Source of the DNA: Planctomycetota bacterium
GTDB lineage: Bacteria > Planctomycetota > Planctomycetia > Planctomycetales > Planctomycetaceae
Reading direction: 5' to 3'
Length of the DNA stretch: 51,382 nucleotides
NCBI GenBank assembly: GCA_963580005.1
Contig: CAUZJR010000001.1
Coordinates: 1 to 51,382, forward strand
Made by a program: the position numbers and the translations under genes
The notes under the pieces: model-generated
Seen by the model: only the letters and a program-made list of their open reading frames with translations
What the model was told of the DNA's origin: nothing
Databases searched by the model: none
Shown: piece by piece, positions 28,705-37,387 of the stretch
Numbering within the stretch: position 1 is the stretch's first letter
Layout: each line of letters begins with the position of its first letter

Positions 28705-31700
28705 CTAGGAGCGGGTGATGGTCTCGTGCAGGTTGAGCAGGATCCTGGCCATCGACATCCAGGCGGCTCGCCGGGTCACGTCGTCGTCGCTGGCGTCCTT
28801 CGGGGGGCTCAGTCGCCCGGCGGTCAGGGCGGCACGGGCGGCGGCCGGGTCGGCCTTGTAGTCGGCCAGGTGACTGTCGAAGACCGACTGCAGGATGCGA
28901 GTCTCCTGGGGACGCGGTCGCCTGGAGAGCACCTGGCGAAACGCCCATGCGAGTCGCGGGGCAAAGCCGACGGCCTGGGAATCGACGATCCGCCCGGCCA
29001 GCGCGGCTGCCGCCTCGACATAGGTCGGATCGTTGAGCAGCACCAGGGCCTGCTGGGGGGTGTTCGAGCGAGGCCGCTCGACCGTGCACTCCTCGCGACT
29101 GGGAGCATCGAATGCCAGCAGGCTGGGGTGCAGGAACATCCGCTGCCACCAGGTGTAGAGTCCGCGGCGGTAGACCGAGGTACCGGCCGAGGACTTCCAG
29201 GATCGGGCCGGGAAGTTCATGTGACGCCAGTAACCGGCCGGCTGGTACGGCTTGACGCTGGGTCCGCCGATCTCGGTGACCAGCAGGCCGCTGACGGCCA
29301 GGGCGTTGTCGCGGACGATTTCAGCATCGAGCCGGAAGCGGGACTGGCGGGCCAGGAGCTGGTTGTAGGGGTCGCGCTGTTTCAGGACCGGGTCGACCAG
29401 CGACTGCTGGCGGTAGGCACCCGAATCGATCATCAGCCGGACCATGTGCTTCACATCCCAGCCACTCGAGATGAACTCAACCGCCAGCCAGTCGAGCAGC
29501 AGGGGGTGAGTGGGCCGAGAGCCCTGGGCGCCCAGGTCGTCCAGCGGAGTGGCCAGGCCGTGGCCGAAGTAGAGTTTCCACAACCGGTTGACGAAGGCCC
29601 GTGCCGCCAGGGGGTTGTCCTTGCGGACGATCCAACGAGCCAGGTCGAGTCGATTGGGTCGCCGCTTCTTGACTTCGAGAGTCGGCAGGAAGCCCGGCAC
29701 GCCCGGTTCGACCACAGGTCCCGAGTCGTCCATCCAGTCGCCTCGAGGCAGGATGCGGATCGGACGGGGCTTGACCGAAACGGTCATCAGGGTCTTGGGC
29801 AGGCCCTTCTCGAGGTCCACCTTTTTCTTCCGGGCTGCCGCCAGGCGGACGCGGAGTGGCTTCAGGGACGGGGCGATCGAGCGGTAGTGGGCGGCCAGCA
29901 GTTTCTTCTGGGCCGCATTACGCTTGTCGGCAGGCAGCTTGAGTGCCGCGAGCACCGGTGCCGGCAGAGAACTCTGCAGGGCACGGAAGTAGAACGCGTA
30001 TCCGCCGCCGCCGTTGACCACCTTCAGCAGCAACTGGTTCTCACCGGCGGAGAGATCGAGCGTGGCCTTGTCCTGGTTGGGGCCGACCGCTCGCAGCACC
30101 TTCTTTTCGAAGGCGAGTTTGCCGTTGAGCCACAGCTTGATGCTGTCGTCGCTGCCGAGTGAGACGACCAGCTTGCGGGGCTTGGAGGTGGTGATGGTCC
30201 GCAACAGGTAGGTGGCACAGTTCTGGCCGGACAGGTTGTGAGGTTTGCCGTCCACGAGTTTCGGGGCGGCGGCCCATTTCAGGCCGTCGTGAGTCTTCTT
30301 GAGATCGGAGTCGGTCTCGGGGCCAAACGCCTTGGCGTGGGCCTGCTCGAAGTCCGCCGCCGGGAACGGGCCGATCCTGGACCAGGCAGAGAGCGATACG
30401 CTGGCGGTGGCCTCGGCCGCCAGGCCCGTCTCCCACTTCAGCTGCTGTGCGACGAGCGTGGGGGTGGAGGTGGCCAGGGTCTTGACGAGGTCGGTGATCT
30501 GGGCTTCGACGGTCCGGATCGACTTGTCGAAGCTGCCGGTGCGGACCGGGTAGGCGGTGGGATTGCCCACTCCCCGTTCCTGGATGTCAGAAAAGAACGA
30601 GGCGAAGCGGTAGAAGTCCCTGGAGGTGAACGGGTCGTACTTGTGGTCGTGACACTGAGCGCATCCGAGCGTGACGCCGAGGAAGATCGAGCTGGTGTTG
30701 CGGACGCGATCGGCTGAGTACTTGGCGAGGTATTCCTTGGCCTGGGCACCTCCTTCGCTGGTCGTCTGCAGCAGCATGTTGAAGCCCGAGGCGACCTTCT
30801 GGTTCACCCTGGCCTGGGGCAGCAGGTCACCGGCAAGTTGCTCGGTCACGAACCGATCGAACTTCATGTTGCTGTTGAAGGCCTCGATCACGTAGTCGCG
30901 GTAGGGTGCGATCTGTCGGGCTTCGTCTGAGTGGTAGCCGTTGCTGTCGGCGTAGCGGACGACATCCAGCCAGTAGATCGCCATCCGTTCGCCGTAGTGT
31001 TTCGAGCCGAGCAGCCGATCGACGAGCCGCTTCCAGGCCCCGGGCCGATTGTCGCCCACAAACGCGTCGACCTGGTCGGGGGTGGGGGGCAGGCCGAGCA
31101 GGTCGAGCGAAACTCGGCGGATCAGCGTCAGGCGATCCGCGGGCCTGGACGGGACCAGCCCTTCCTTGTAGTGACGCTCGAGCAGGAAGCGGTCGACCGG
31201 TGAGCGGACGAAGTCGAGGTAATCGGCGGGCGAGGGAAGTGGGGGCCGGGTGGGGGTGACCCACGCCCAGTGTTCCTGCCACTGGGCTCCTGAGGCGATC
31301 CATCTCCGGATCAATTCGATCTGCGGCTTCGAGAGCGGCTTGTTGGCATCGGGGGGCGGCATCCGCTCGTCGGCCGACTCGGCCGTGATCCTCCGGAACA
31401 GCTCGCTGTTCTGCGGCGCTCCTGCGGCAATGGTCTTGTGGCCCTTGCGGGGTGCCAGAGCACCCTGGCGGGTGTCCAGTCGCAACTTGGCCTCGCGTTT
31501 GCCGGAGTCCGGTCCATGGCAACCGAAGCAGTGTGCTGAGAGGATGGGTCGGATCTGCCGATTGAAGTCCACCTGTGCGTTCTGGTCGGCGGCCGGCAGC
31601 TGGCCGGCGCACAGTCCGCTGAAGATCACCGCGGCGGCGAGCACTCCGATCCGCCGCTTCGGGCTGAGTTGTCTGACCTGGCTGGCGGTTGTCGGTTCGT

Positions 31701-31725
31701 GTCCCACCATCGGCGTCGTCTCCAT
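28705..31725 (-). CDS. PSCyt1/DUF1549/DUF1553 (planctomycete cytochrome-c and PSD) protein
   Basis: Heme motif CFGCHGPD with KLRLD, MPPPDANKPLSKPQIELIRRWIASGAQW, GCAQCHDHKYDP and FDAPSREECTVERPRSNTPQQALVLLNDP are family hallmarks. It also has an inserted beta-sandwich-like module. Confidence 0.9.
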   Translation of the reverse strand: METTPMVGHEPTTASQVRQLSPKRRIGVLAAAVIFSGLCAGQLPAADQNAQVDFNRQIRPILSAHCFGCHGPDSGKREAKLRLDTRQGALAPRKGHKTIAAGAPQNSELFRRITAESADERMPPPDANKPLSKPQIELIRRWIASGAQWQEHWAWVTPTRPPLPSPADYLDFVRSPVDRFLLERHYKEGLVPSRPADRLTLIRRVSLDLLGLPPTPDQVDAFVGDNRPGAWKRLVDRLLGSKHYGERMAIYWLDVVRYADSNGYHSDEARQIAPYRDYVIEAFNSNMKFDRFVTEQLAGDLLPQARVNQKVASGFNMLLQTTSEGGAQAKEYLAKYSADRVRNTSSIFLGVTLGCAQCHDHKYDPFTSRDFYRFASFFSDIQERGVGNPTAYPVRTGSFDKSIRTVEAQITDLVKTLATSTPTLVAQQLKWETGLAAEATASVSLSAWSRIGPFPAADFEQAHAKAFGPETDSDLKKTHDGLKWAAAPKLVDGKPHNLSGQNCATYLLRTITTSKPRKLVVSLGSDDSIKLWLNGKLAFEKKVLRAVGPNQDKATLDLSAGENQLLLKVVNGGGGYAFYFRALQSSLPAPVLAALKLPADKRNAAQKKLLAAHYRSIAPSLKPLRVRLAAARKKKVDLEKGLPKTLMTVSVKPRPIRILPRGDWMDDSGPVVEPGVPGFLPTLEVKKRRPNRLDLARWIVRKDNPLAARAFVNRLWKLYFGHGLATPLDDLGAQGSRPTHPLLLDWLAVEFISSGWDVKHMVRLMIDSGAYRQQSLVDPVLKQRDPYNQLLARQSRFRLDAEIVRDNALAVSGLLVTEIGGPSVKPYQPAGYWRHMNFPARSWKSSAGTSVYRRGLYTWWQRMFLHPSLLAFDAPSREECTVERPRSNTPQQALVLLNDPTYVEAAAALAGRIVDSQAVGFAPRLAWAFRQVLSRRPRPQETRILQSVFDSHLADYKADPAAARAALTAGRLSPPKDASDDDVTRRAAWMSMARILLNLHETITRS

Positions 31726-32044
31726 CCTCTAAAGTCAGTCACAGCAGGACCGGTCCGAGGTCCCAGCAGGGGCACCATCGGGCCGGACAACCCTCATAAT
31801 ATGAGTCACCATCGCGATCGGTGACAACCCACGCGGGTCGGTGGTCGCCGGATCCGCTGACCCATTGATCGACCCGTGCGGGCCGGTGATGATGGAAGCG
31901 GCGTTCCCGGTCGGTTCGCGGCCCGTTCCCGGCCCGGTGGCGTCGTGTTTCAGCTGGAGTCTTCACGTGCCCGATTCTGTGAGACCGATCCGACCCGAGC
32001 CCTGTCCCGGCTGGCAAGTTCCATTCCGATGGACCGAGTACGCG

Positions 32045-33163
32045 ATGCAGTGGGTGGTGTACGCTCTGGCCGGTTCGGCGACAGCCAAGGTGGCCTGCGG
32101 CCTGGCGGTGATGGGGCTGGCCTGCATCCCGCTGGTCTACCTGATGGAGGCTCCCGATCGGCAGCGGGCTCGCGAGCAGCTGCAGTGGCTGGTGCTGGTG
32201 GATGCCGGCAGTCGGCCCGGTGGCGGCGGTGCCATCCGCGGGATCCTCGAGGAAATCAACCAGCGGGGTTCGAAGTCGCTGGCCGGCCTGCGTCTGCGAG
32301 ACAAGAACCTGGCCGGAGTGCAGCTGCCCGACTCGTACCTGGCCAAAGTCGACTTCTCGGGCACCTCGCTGGCTGGGGCCAACTTCCAGCGAGCCGATCT
32401 CACCGGAGTCGTCCTCGATGGCGGAAACCTCAACACCGCCGACCTCTCACACGCTCGGCTCCCCGGAGCCCGCGGCCGCAACGCCGATCTCAGGCAGGCC
32501 AATCTCTCGCATGTGGACGCCCGCGAGGCGGATTTCAGTGGAGCTGACCTGCGAGGTGCTCAGCTCGAGGAGGCTCATCTCTACATGGCCCGTTTCCGAG
32601 CCGCAGATCTCACCGGCCTGCAGCTGGGCATGACGCTGGCCGCCGGAGGCGGCTACCGTGGGACGGGCATGTCGGCTGCGACGAGCGGTGGGCCGGACCT
32701 GAGGCTGGCTGATTTTACCGAGGCCAAGATGTCCGGCGTCGATCTCACCGGAGCCTCGCTCGAAGGAAACCTCTTCACCTCAGCTGTGCTCAACGGAGCA
32801 CGGCTGCGAGGCGCACAACTCAGGCGAGCCGATTTCTCGGGCGCGCAACTCAAAAACAGCGACCTCACTCAAGCCCAGCTCAACGGCAGCATTCTCCGAG
32901 GGGCCGACCTCCGCGGCGCCACGCTCACCGCCGCCGACTTCAGCGGAGCCGACCTCACCGGAGCACGACTCGAGGACGCCATCGTCGGACGCGATGACTG
33001 GTTCGATTGGCTCGCCGAACTCGCTCTGCCCCCGGTGCGCATCACCGAGGTCGCCCAGGAATGGCAGGTCGTCCAGGACCAGGCCGACGACGGACAAACC
33101 CGCTTCGTGATCCAAGCCACCACCCAGCAGCCCCCACCGCAGCCCCCACCCAGTTCTCCCTAG
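32045..33163 (+). CDS. Membrane-anchored pentapeptide-repeat protein
   Basis: TM segment VACGLAVMGLACIPLVYL followed by more than 40 A(D/N)LxG-type pentapeptides (ADLTGVVLDGGNLNTADLSHARL...). The upstream in-frame extension to 31841 lacks features. Confidence 0.8.
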   Translation: MQWVVYALAGSATAKVACGLAVMGLACIPLVYLMEAPDRQRAREQLQWLVLVDAGSRPGGGGAIRGILEEINQRGSKSLAGLRLRDKNLAGVQLPDSYLAKVDFSGTSLAGANFQRADLTGVVLDGGNLNTADLSHARLPGARGRNADLRQANLSHVDAREADFSGADLRGAQLEEAHLYMARFRAADLTGLQLGMTLAAGGGYRGTGMSAATSGGPDLRLADFTEAKMSGVDLTGASLEGNLFTSAVLNGARLRGAQLRRADFSGAQLKNSDLTQAQLNGSILRGADLRGATLTAADFSGADLTGARLEDAIVGRDDWFDWLAELALPPVRITEVAQEWQVVQDQADDGQTRFVIQATTQQPPPQPPPSSP

Positions 33164-33224
33164 ACCCCTCCCACCACGCGACTTTCTCCTCTTCCCATTT
33201 TCCTCTTCCCCTCGGAACCCCATC

Positions 33225-34133
33225 ATGGCGATCGACCTGGCCGTCGTGCCTGTCGCAGGGCAGGGCACTCGGCTGTTGCCTTCGACCAAGAGTCAGCCCA
33301 AGGAGATGTTGCCGGTCGGCCGCAAGCCGGTGGTGCAGTATGTCGTTGAGGAGCTGGCCAACTCGGGCATCCACCGCTTGATGTTTGTCACTGGACCGGG
33401 GAAGGCCTCGATCGAGAATCATTTCGATACGAACTGGGAGTTGATCACGTTTTTGCGTGAGACGGGGCGTGAGGAGTTACTGGAGGAGCTGGATTTCGAG
33501 CGGCAGAGCCTCGAATACTTCTACACGCGACAGCGTCGTCAGTTGGGCCTGGGCCATGCCGTGCTGTGTGCACGTCCTTTGGTCGGCGACCAGCCGTTCG
33601 TGGTCGCACTGGGCGATTCGATCATTGGTGTCAACGCCCAGTCGGACATCGTGGCGAGGATGGTCGAGCGGTTCGAGTCCGAAGGTGCCGACGTGGTGGT
33701 GGCGTTCGAGGAGGTGGCGTTGGAGGACGTGGTTCGTTACGGGATCGCCCGGCCGGAATCGGGCGAGTCGGAGGCTGAGGTGGGCGAGGCATTCGAGCTG
33801 GCCGACCTGGTCGAGAAGCCGTCGGTGGAGGAGGCTCCGAGTCGATTGGCGGTCGCCGCCCGCTACGTACTCTCGCCGAGGATCTTCGATGCGTTGTCGC
33901 GGACCGAGCCGGGCAAGGGGGGTGAGATCCAGTTGACCGACGCGATCCGCAGCGTGTTGGCTGACGGGGGCCGTGGGATCGGGATCCGGCTGCGTCCTGA
34001 TGAGCGGCGATTCGACATCGGCAACTTCGGCAGTTACTTCCGGGCCTTCACCGAGTTCGCCCTGGCCGACCCTCGTTACGGCCCGGATCTTCGAGACGAA
34101 CTCCGGCGGCTGCTCGATGGCGGCACGCTCTGA
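33225..34133 (+). CDS. galU: UTP--glucose-1-phosphate uridylyltransferase-like sugar-1-phosphate nucleotidyltransferase
   Basis: AVVPVAGQGTRLLPSTKSQPKEMLPVGRKPVVQYVVEE is the GalU N-terminal signature. GLGHAV, VEKP and GEIQLTDA follow. Confidence 0.8.
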   Translation: MAIDLAVVPVAGQGTRLLPSTKSQPKEMLPVGRKPVVQYVVEELANSGIHRLMFVTGPGKASIENHFDTNWELITFLRETGREELLEELDFERQSLEYFYTRQRRQLGLGHAVLCARPLVGDQPFVVALGDSIIGVNAQSDIVARMVERFESEGADVVVAFEEVALEDVVRYGIARPESGESEAEVGEAFELADLVEKPSVEEAPSRLAVAARYVLSPRIFDALSRTEPGKGGEIQLTDAIRSVLADGGRGIGIRLRPDERRFDIGNFGSYFRAFTEFALADPRYGPDLRDELRRLLDGGTL

Positions 34134-35146
34134 TGCGGCTGATCCGACAACGAGCCACGGCGAGGGCCGGCCTGCTGGGCAACCCGTCTGACGGCTACCA
34201 CGGCCGGACGATCTCGCTGGCGCTGGAGAACTTCTGGGCCGAGACGATTCTCTACGAATGGGACCGGGTGGAGATCCTGTTGAGCCAGGAGGACCAGAGT
34301 CGATTCGCATCGGTCGGTGACCTGGTCGAGGACGTTCGTCTGCACGGCTATTACGGCGGTGTGCGGCTGGTCAAGGCGACGATCAAGACGTTTGTCGAGT
34401 ACTGCACGGGTCGTGGACTGGAACTGCACGACCGCAACTTTGCCGTCCGCTACACGTCAAACATTCCTCGAGCCGTCGGCCTGGCCGGTTCCAGCGCGAT
34501 CATCGTCGCCACCTTGCGGGCGTTGATGGAGTTCTATGCGGTGGAGATTCCTCGACGCGTGCAGCCATCTCTGGCGTTGGCCGTGGAGACCGGGGAACTG
34601 GGGATCACCGCGGGGCTGCAGGACCGGGTGATCCAGGTCTTCGGCGGGGTGGTGGCGATGGACTTTGGGCACGAGAGGGTCGAGAGTTGCGAGGGGTACT
34701 TGTGCGGGGATTACGTGAGGCTGGATCCCGCCGGGCTGCCCAGGCTCTACGTGGCCTATTCGAGCGACGCGGGGGAACCGACCGAGGTGTTCCACAACCG
34801 GCTCCGCGAGCGGTACGAGCAGGGTGAGCCGGAGGTGCTTGAGGCGATGGGTCGGTTTGCTGAGTTGACCTCTGAGGGAATCGAGGCCTTGGCCGGCGGT
34901 GATGCAGAGCGGTTGCACGAGCTGCTGGACGCCAACTACGACCTGCGGGCCTCGATCTGCCAATTGCCAGCGGAGCACGTGTCGATGATCGAGGCGGCTC
35001 GATCGGCCGGTGCCAGTGCCAAGTTCGCCGGCTCGGGTGGCGCGATCATCGGCAGCTGCCTGGACGATGCGATGTACCAGCGGCTCTGCCAGGCCCTGGC
35101 CGGCCTGGGCTGCGAAGTGTTCACGCCGCGGATTACGGGATGCTGA
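34133..35146 (+). CDS. GHMP-family sugar kinase (glucuronokinase-like)
   Basis: RAGLLGNPSDGYHGRTISLALENFWA N-terminus and the GHMP motif II GLAGSSAIIVATLRAL. The start overlaps the galU-like stop (TGATG). Confidence 0.7.
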   Translation: MRLIRQRATARAGLLGNPSDGYHGRTISLALENFWAETILYEWDRVEILLSQEDQSRFASVGDLVEDVRLHGYYGGVRLVKATIKTFVEYCTGRGLELHDRNFAVRYTSNIPRAVGLAGSSAIIVATLRALMEFYAVEIPRRVQPSLALAVETGELGITAGLQDRVIQVFGGVVAMDFGHERVESCEGYLCGDYVRLDPAGLPRLYVAYSSDAGEPTEVFHNRLRERYEQGEPEVLEAMGRFAELTSEGIEALAGGDAERLHELLDANYDLRASICQLPAEHVSMIEAARSAGASAKFAGSGGAIIGSCLDDAMYQRLCQALAGLGCEVFTPRITGC

Positions 35147-37022
35147 CCGATTCGTCGGAGCTGCCGACGTCGCCGGAATTCGTTCCGAACGGCTGAAGCG
35201 TGAAGGTTCCGGTGCTGGTGTTTCGCAGGTCGTAGTTGATCAGGTCCGCGGGCAACCTGTTGCTGCTGGAATTCCGGGTCAGGATCAGCGCCAGCGACCC
35301 GGTCCCCGAGTTGGTCAGGATGGCCTCGGTGCCGTTGCCGAGGTTGGTTCCCGAGAGCGAATTGCCGGTCACGGTCCAGGCCGACGCGGCGGTGCCGGTG
35401 GCCTCGAGCTGAACGGCCCGCGTGGCCGCGTCCAGGACCGAGTTGTCGGTGAACACGAGATCGAGCGTGGTGCCGGTTGCCGAAATCCCGATGTCGCCAC
35501 CGGAGATCGTGTTCTGGGACACTGTGATCGGGTTCCCGCCGTTGTCGATGTTGGTCAGCGAAATGCCGGCCTGGGGCGCGGTTGGGCTGATCAGGTTCTT
35601 CGACAGCGTGACATCTTCGACCTCGTCACCGATCACCTGGCCGTTGATCTGGAACCCGTCTACCCGGGTCTTGTTGGCCAGCGTGATGTCGCCGTTGAGA
35701 ATTGTGGCCGGGGTCATCCCGGATCGTGGCAGCAGGCGTCGGCCGCCCTGGGTTGCGACACGGTGCTGGTTGACGCTCGAGATCAACTCGGTGCCACTTT
35801 TCAGCGTGAAGGTTTCGGTAAACGTGCCACCCTGGGGTGTGTAGACGCGGCTTCCCGAGGCTCGAGAGTCTGCCATCGCATCCTCAAACGTGCCGAAGGG
35901 GGCTTCGATCGAACCGTTACCGATTCCATCCGGGACCACGTGCAGGAAGGAGAGCAGGGCTCCGGTGGCCGGATCTGCCGCTACGCGTTCCTGGCGGTGG
36001 ATCATGATATTGCGAAACCGCCGGGTCGGCTCGGAGAGGCGGCCGGCGACGTGCGACTGGTCCGATGGTGCGTCGGAGCGGGCCATGCTGTCAAAGGTGG
36101 GCCATGCCGGAGCCGGGTGTGAGGGGGCGACGGCCTGCAACGAGTGGATCGTGATGCCCACGGTGATGGTTCGCCCGAACAGGTCATCGTCCTGGATTCC
36201 GAGATTCACCCACATGCGATTGGTCCATTCCAGCTCGGTCCTGTGCCGCCAGCCCCACGTGTCGGGACTGCCGGTGGCACGCAGGAAGTAGCCGCCGGCG
36301 TAGCTGCGGGTGACGATGTCGCCGAAGGAAACCAGCGATGTGCCCGCTTCCAGGTCGACGGCCGTCATGGCCGCTTCGTCGGCGATGACCAGCTGGTTGC
36401 CCGAGAAGTAGTTTCGGTCGGGATTGGGCAGGCGATCGTCGCCCACGTCGGGGATGTAGATGTTGGACCTGACGTCGAGATGTTCTCCGAGCGTCTCGAA
36501 GCCGATCGTCATCTGGTGAAACCAGTTCTCGCGGGTTTCGCGGAAGTCGTACCAGGCGAAGACGCCCCAGGTGCGATTGGCGTCGGCGTCGTAGACCCGC
36601 TGTCCGAAGCCCAGGTTGCCTCCGACAGCGGACCGGTTGTTCATCAGCAGGTGAACATCAGCAAACAGCAGTCGACGCTCGGCTTCTTCGATCAGCGGGA
36701 TGAAGTTGCTGAAGTTTGAAAACCCGCTGTCGTAGCCCACTCCGTCTCCGATGCTGTGACCCAGCCCCGAGCGGACCACATAGGTCTCGGCCGGGTCGTC
36801 GGATCTCAACACGTCAACCAGCGAATCGGTCAACTCGCCGCCGTTGGCCGGGGCAGGCAGCAGCCCCAGTGCGGACATCAGCACGACCAGGAACCGTGCG
36901 GGTCTCGGATACGAAATGCAGCCCACGATTGCAGATCCTCGTTTCGACCTCGCCGATCCGGTCGGGAACCGGCTGGTTGGCGGTGGAACACTCACGGCAG
37001 GCAACTGAAGGCAATCAGCCAC
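35133..37022 (-). CDS. Inverse-autotransporter-like outer-membrane protein: N-terminal beta-barrel plus C-terminal parallel beta-helix passenger
   Basis: GGNLGFGQRVYDADANRTWGVFAWYDFRETRENWFHQMTIGFETLGEHLDVRSNIYIPD and ...WVNLGIQDDDLFGRTITVGITIH resemble the intimin/invasin beta-domain pattern. The C-terminal half has NxxSG/TxxN beta-helix-type repeats (VSQNTISGGDIGISATGTTLDLVFTDNSV). The start is uncertain. Confidence 0.5.
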   Translation of the reverse strand: MADCLQLPAVSVPPPTSRFPTGSARSKRGSAIVGCISYPRPARFLVVLMSALGLLPAPANGGELTDSLVDVLRSDDPAETYVVRSGLGHSIGDGVGYDSGFSNFSNFIPLIEEAERRLLFADVHLLMNNRSAVGGNLGFGQRVYDADANRTWGVFAWYDFRETRENWFHQMTIGFETLGEHLDVRSNIYIPDVGDDRLPNPDRNYFSGNQLVIADEAAMTAVDLEAGTSLVSFGDIVTRSYAGGYFLRATGSPDTWGWRHRTELEWTNRMWVNLGIQDDDLFGRTITVGITIHSLQAVAPSHPAPAWPTFDSMARSDAPSDQSHVAGRLSEPTRRFRNIMIHRQERVAADPATGALLSFLHVVPDGIGNGSIEAPFGTFEDAMADSRASGSRVYTPQGGTFTETFTLKSGTELISSVNQHRVATQGGRRLLPRSGMTPATILNGDITLANKTRVDGFQINGQVIGDEVEDVTLSKNLISPTAPQAGISLTNIDNGGNPITVSQNTISGGDIGISATGTTLDLVFTDNSVLDAATRAVQLEATGTAASAWTVTGNSLSGTNLGNGTEAILTNSGTGSLALILTRNSSSNRLPADLINYDLRNTSTGTFTLQPFGTNSGDVGSSDESVSIP

Positions 37023-37387
37023 ACGAGCCAGATTGGGTCATCAGTTAGTTTGTATCGGTTATGCGGGTATTTCCGAGTGAACGATTCTCGGATCTCGTCT
37101 GTAGCCGCGGGAATCGTCGTCCGAGGAAATCTCGAGCTTCCAGCCGTTTTTTTTCGAAACTTTGCCGGAATTCAGGTGTTTAGGCTTCTCGGAGAGCCAT
37201 CCGAGAGGGCGGCTCACCACTTCCGGGGCGGCCTCCCGGAGCCCCCACTCCGGGGGGTCCGTCCCTACTTGTCCTGATTCTGTATAAGTGATAAAACGAA
37301 AACTGCTCGATTTACGGCGGATTCCAGGCTGTGTCGAGCGAGTTGTAAGGCCGATTACGAGACATTCTCTACCAGGAGTCACGAAAC

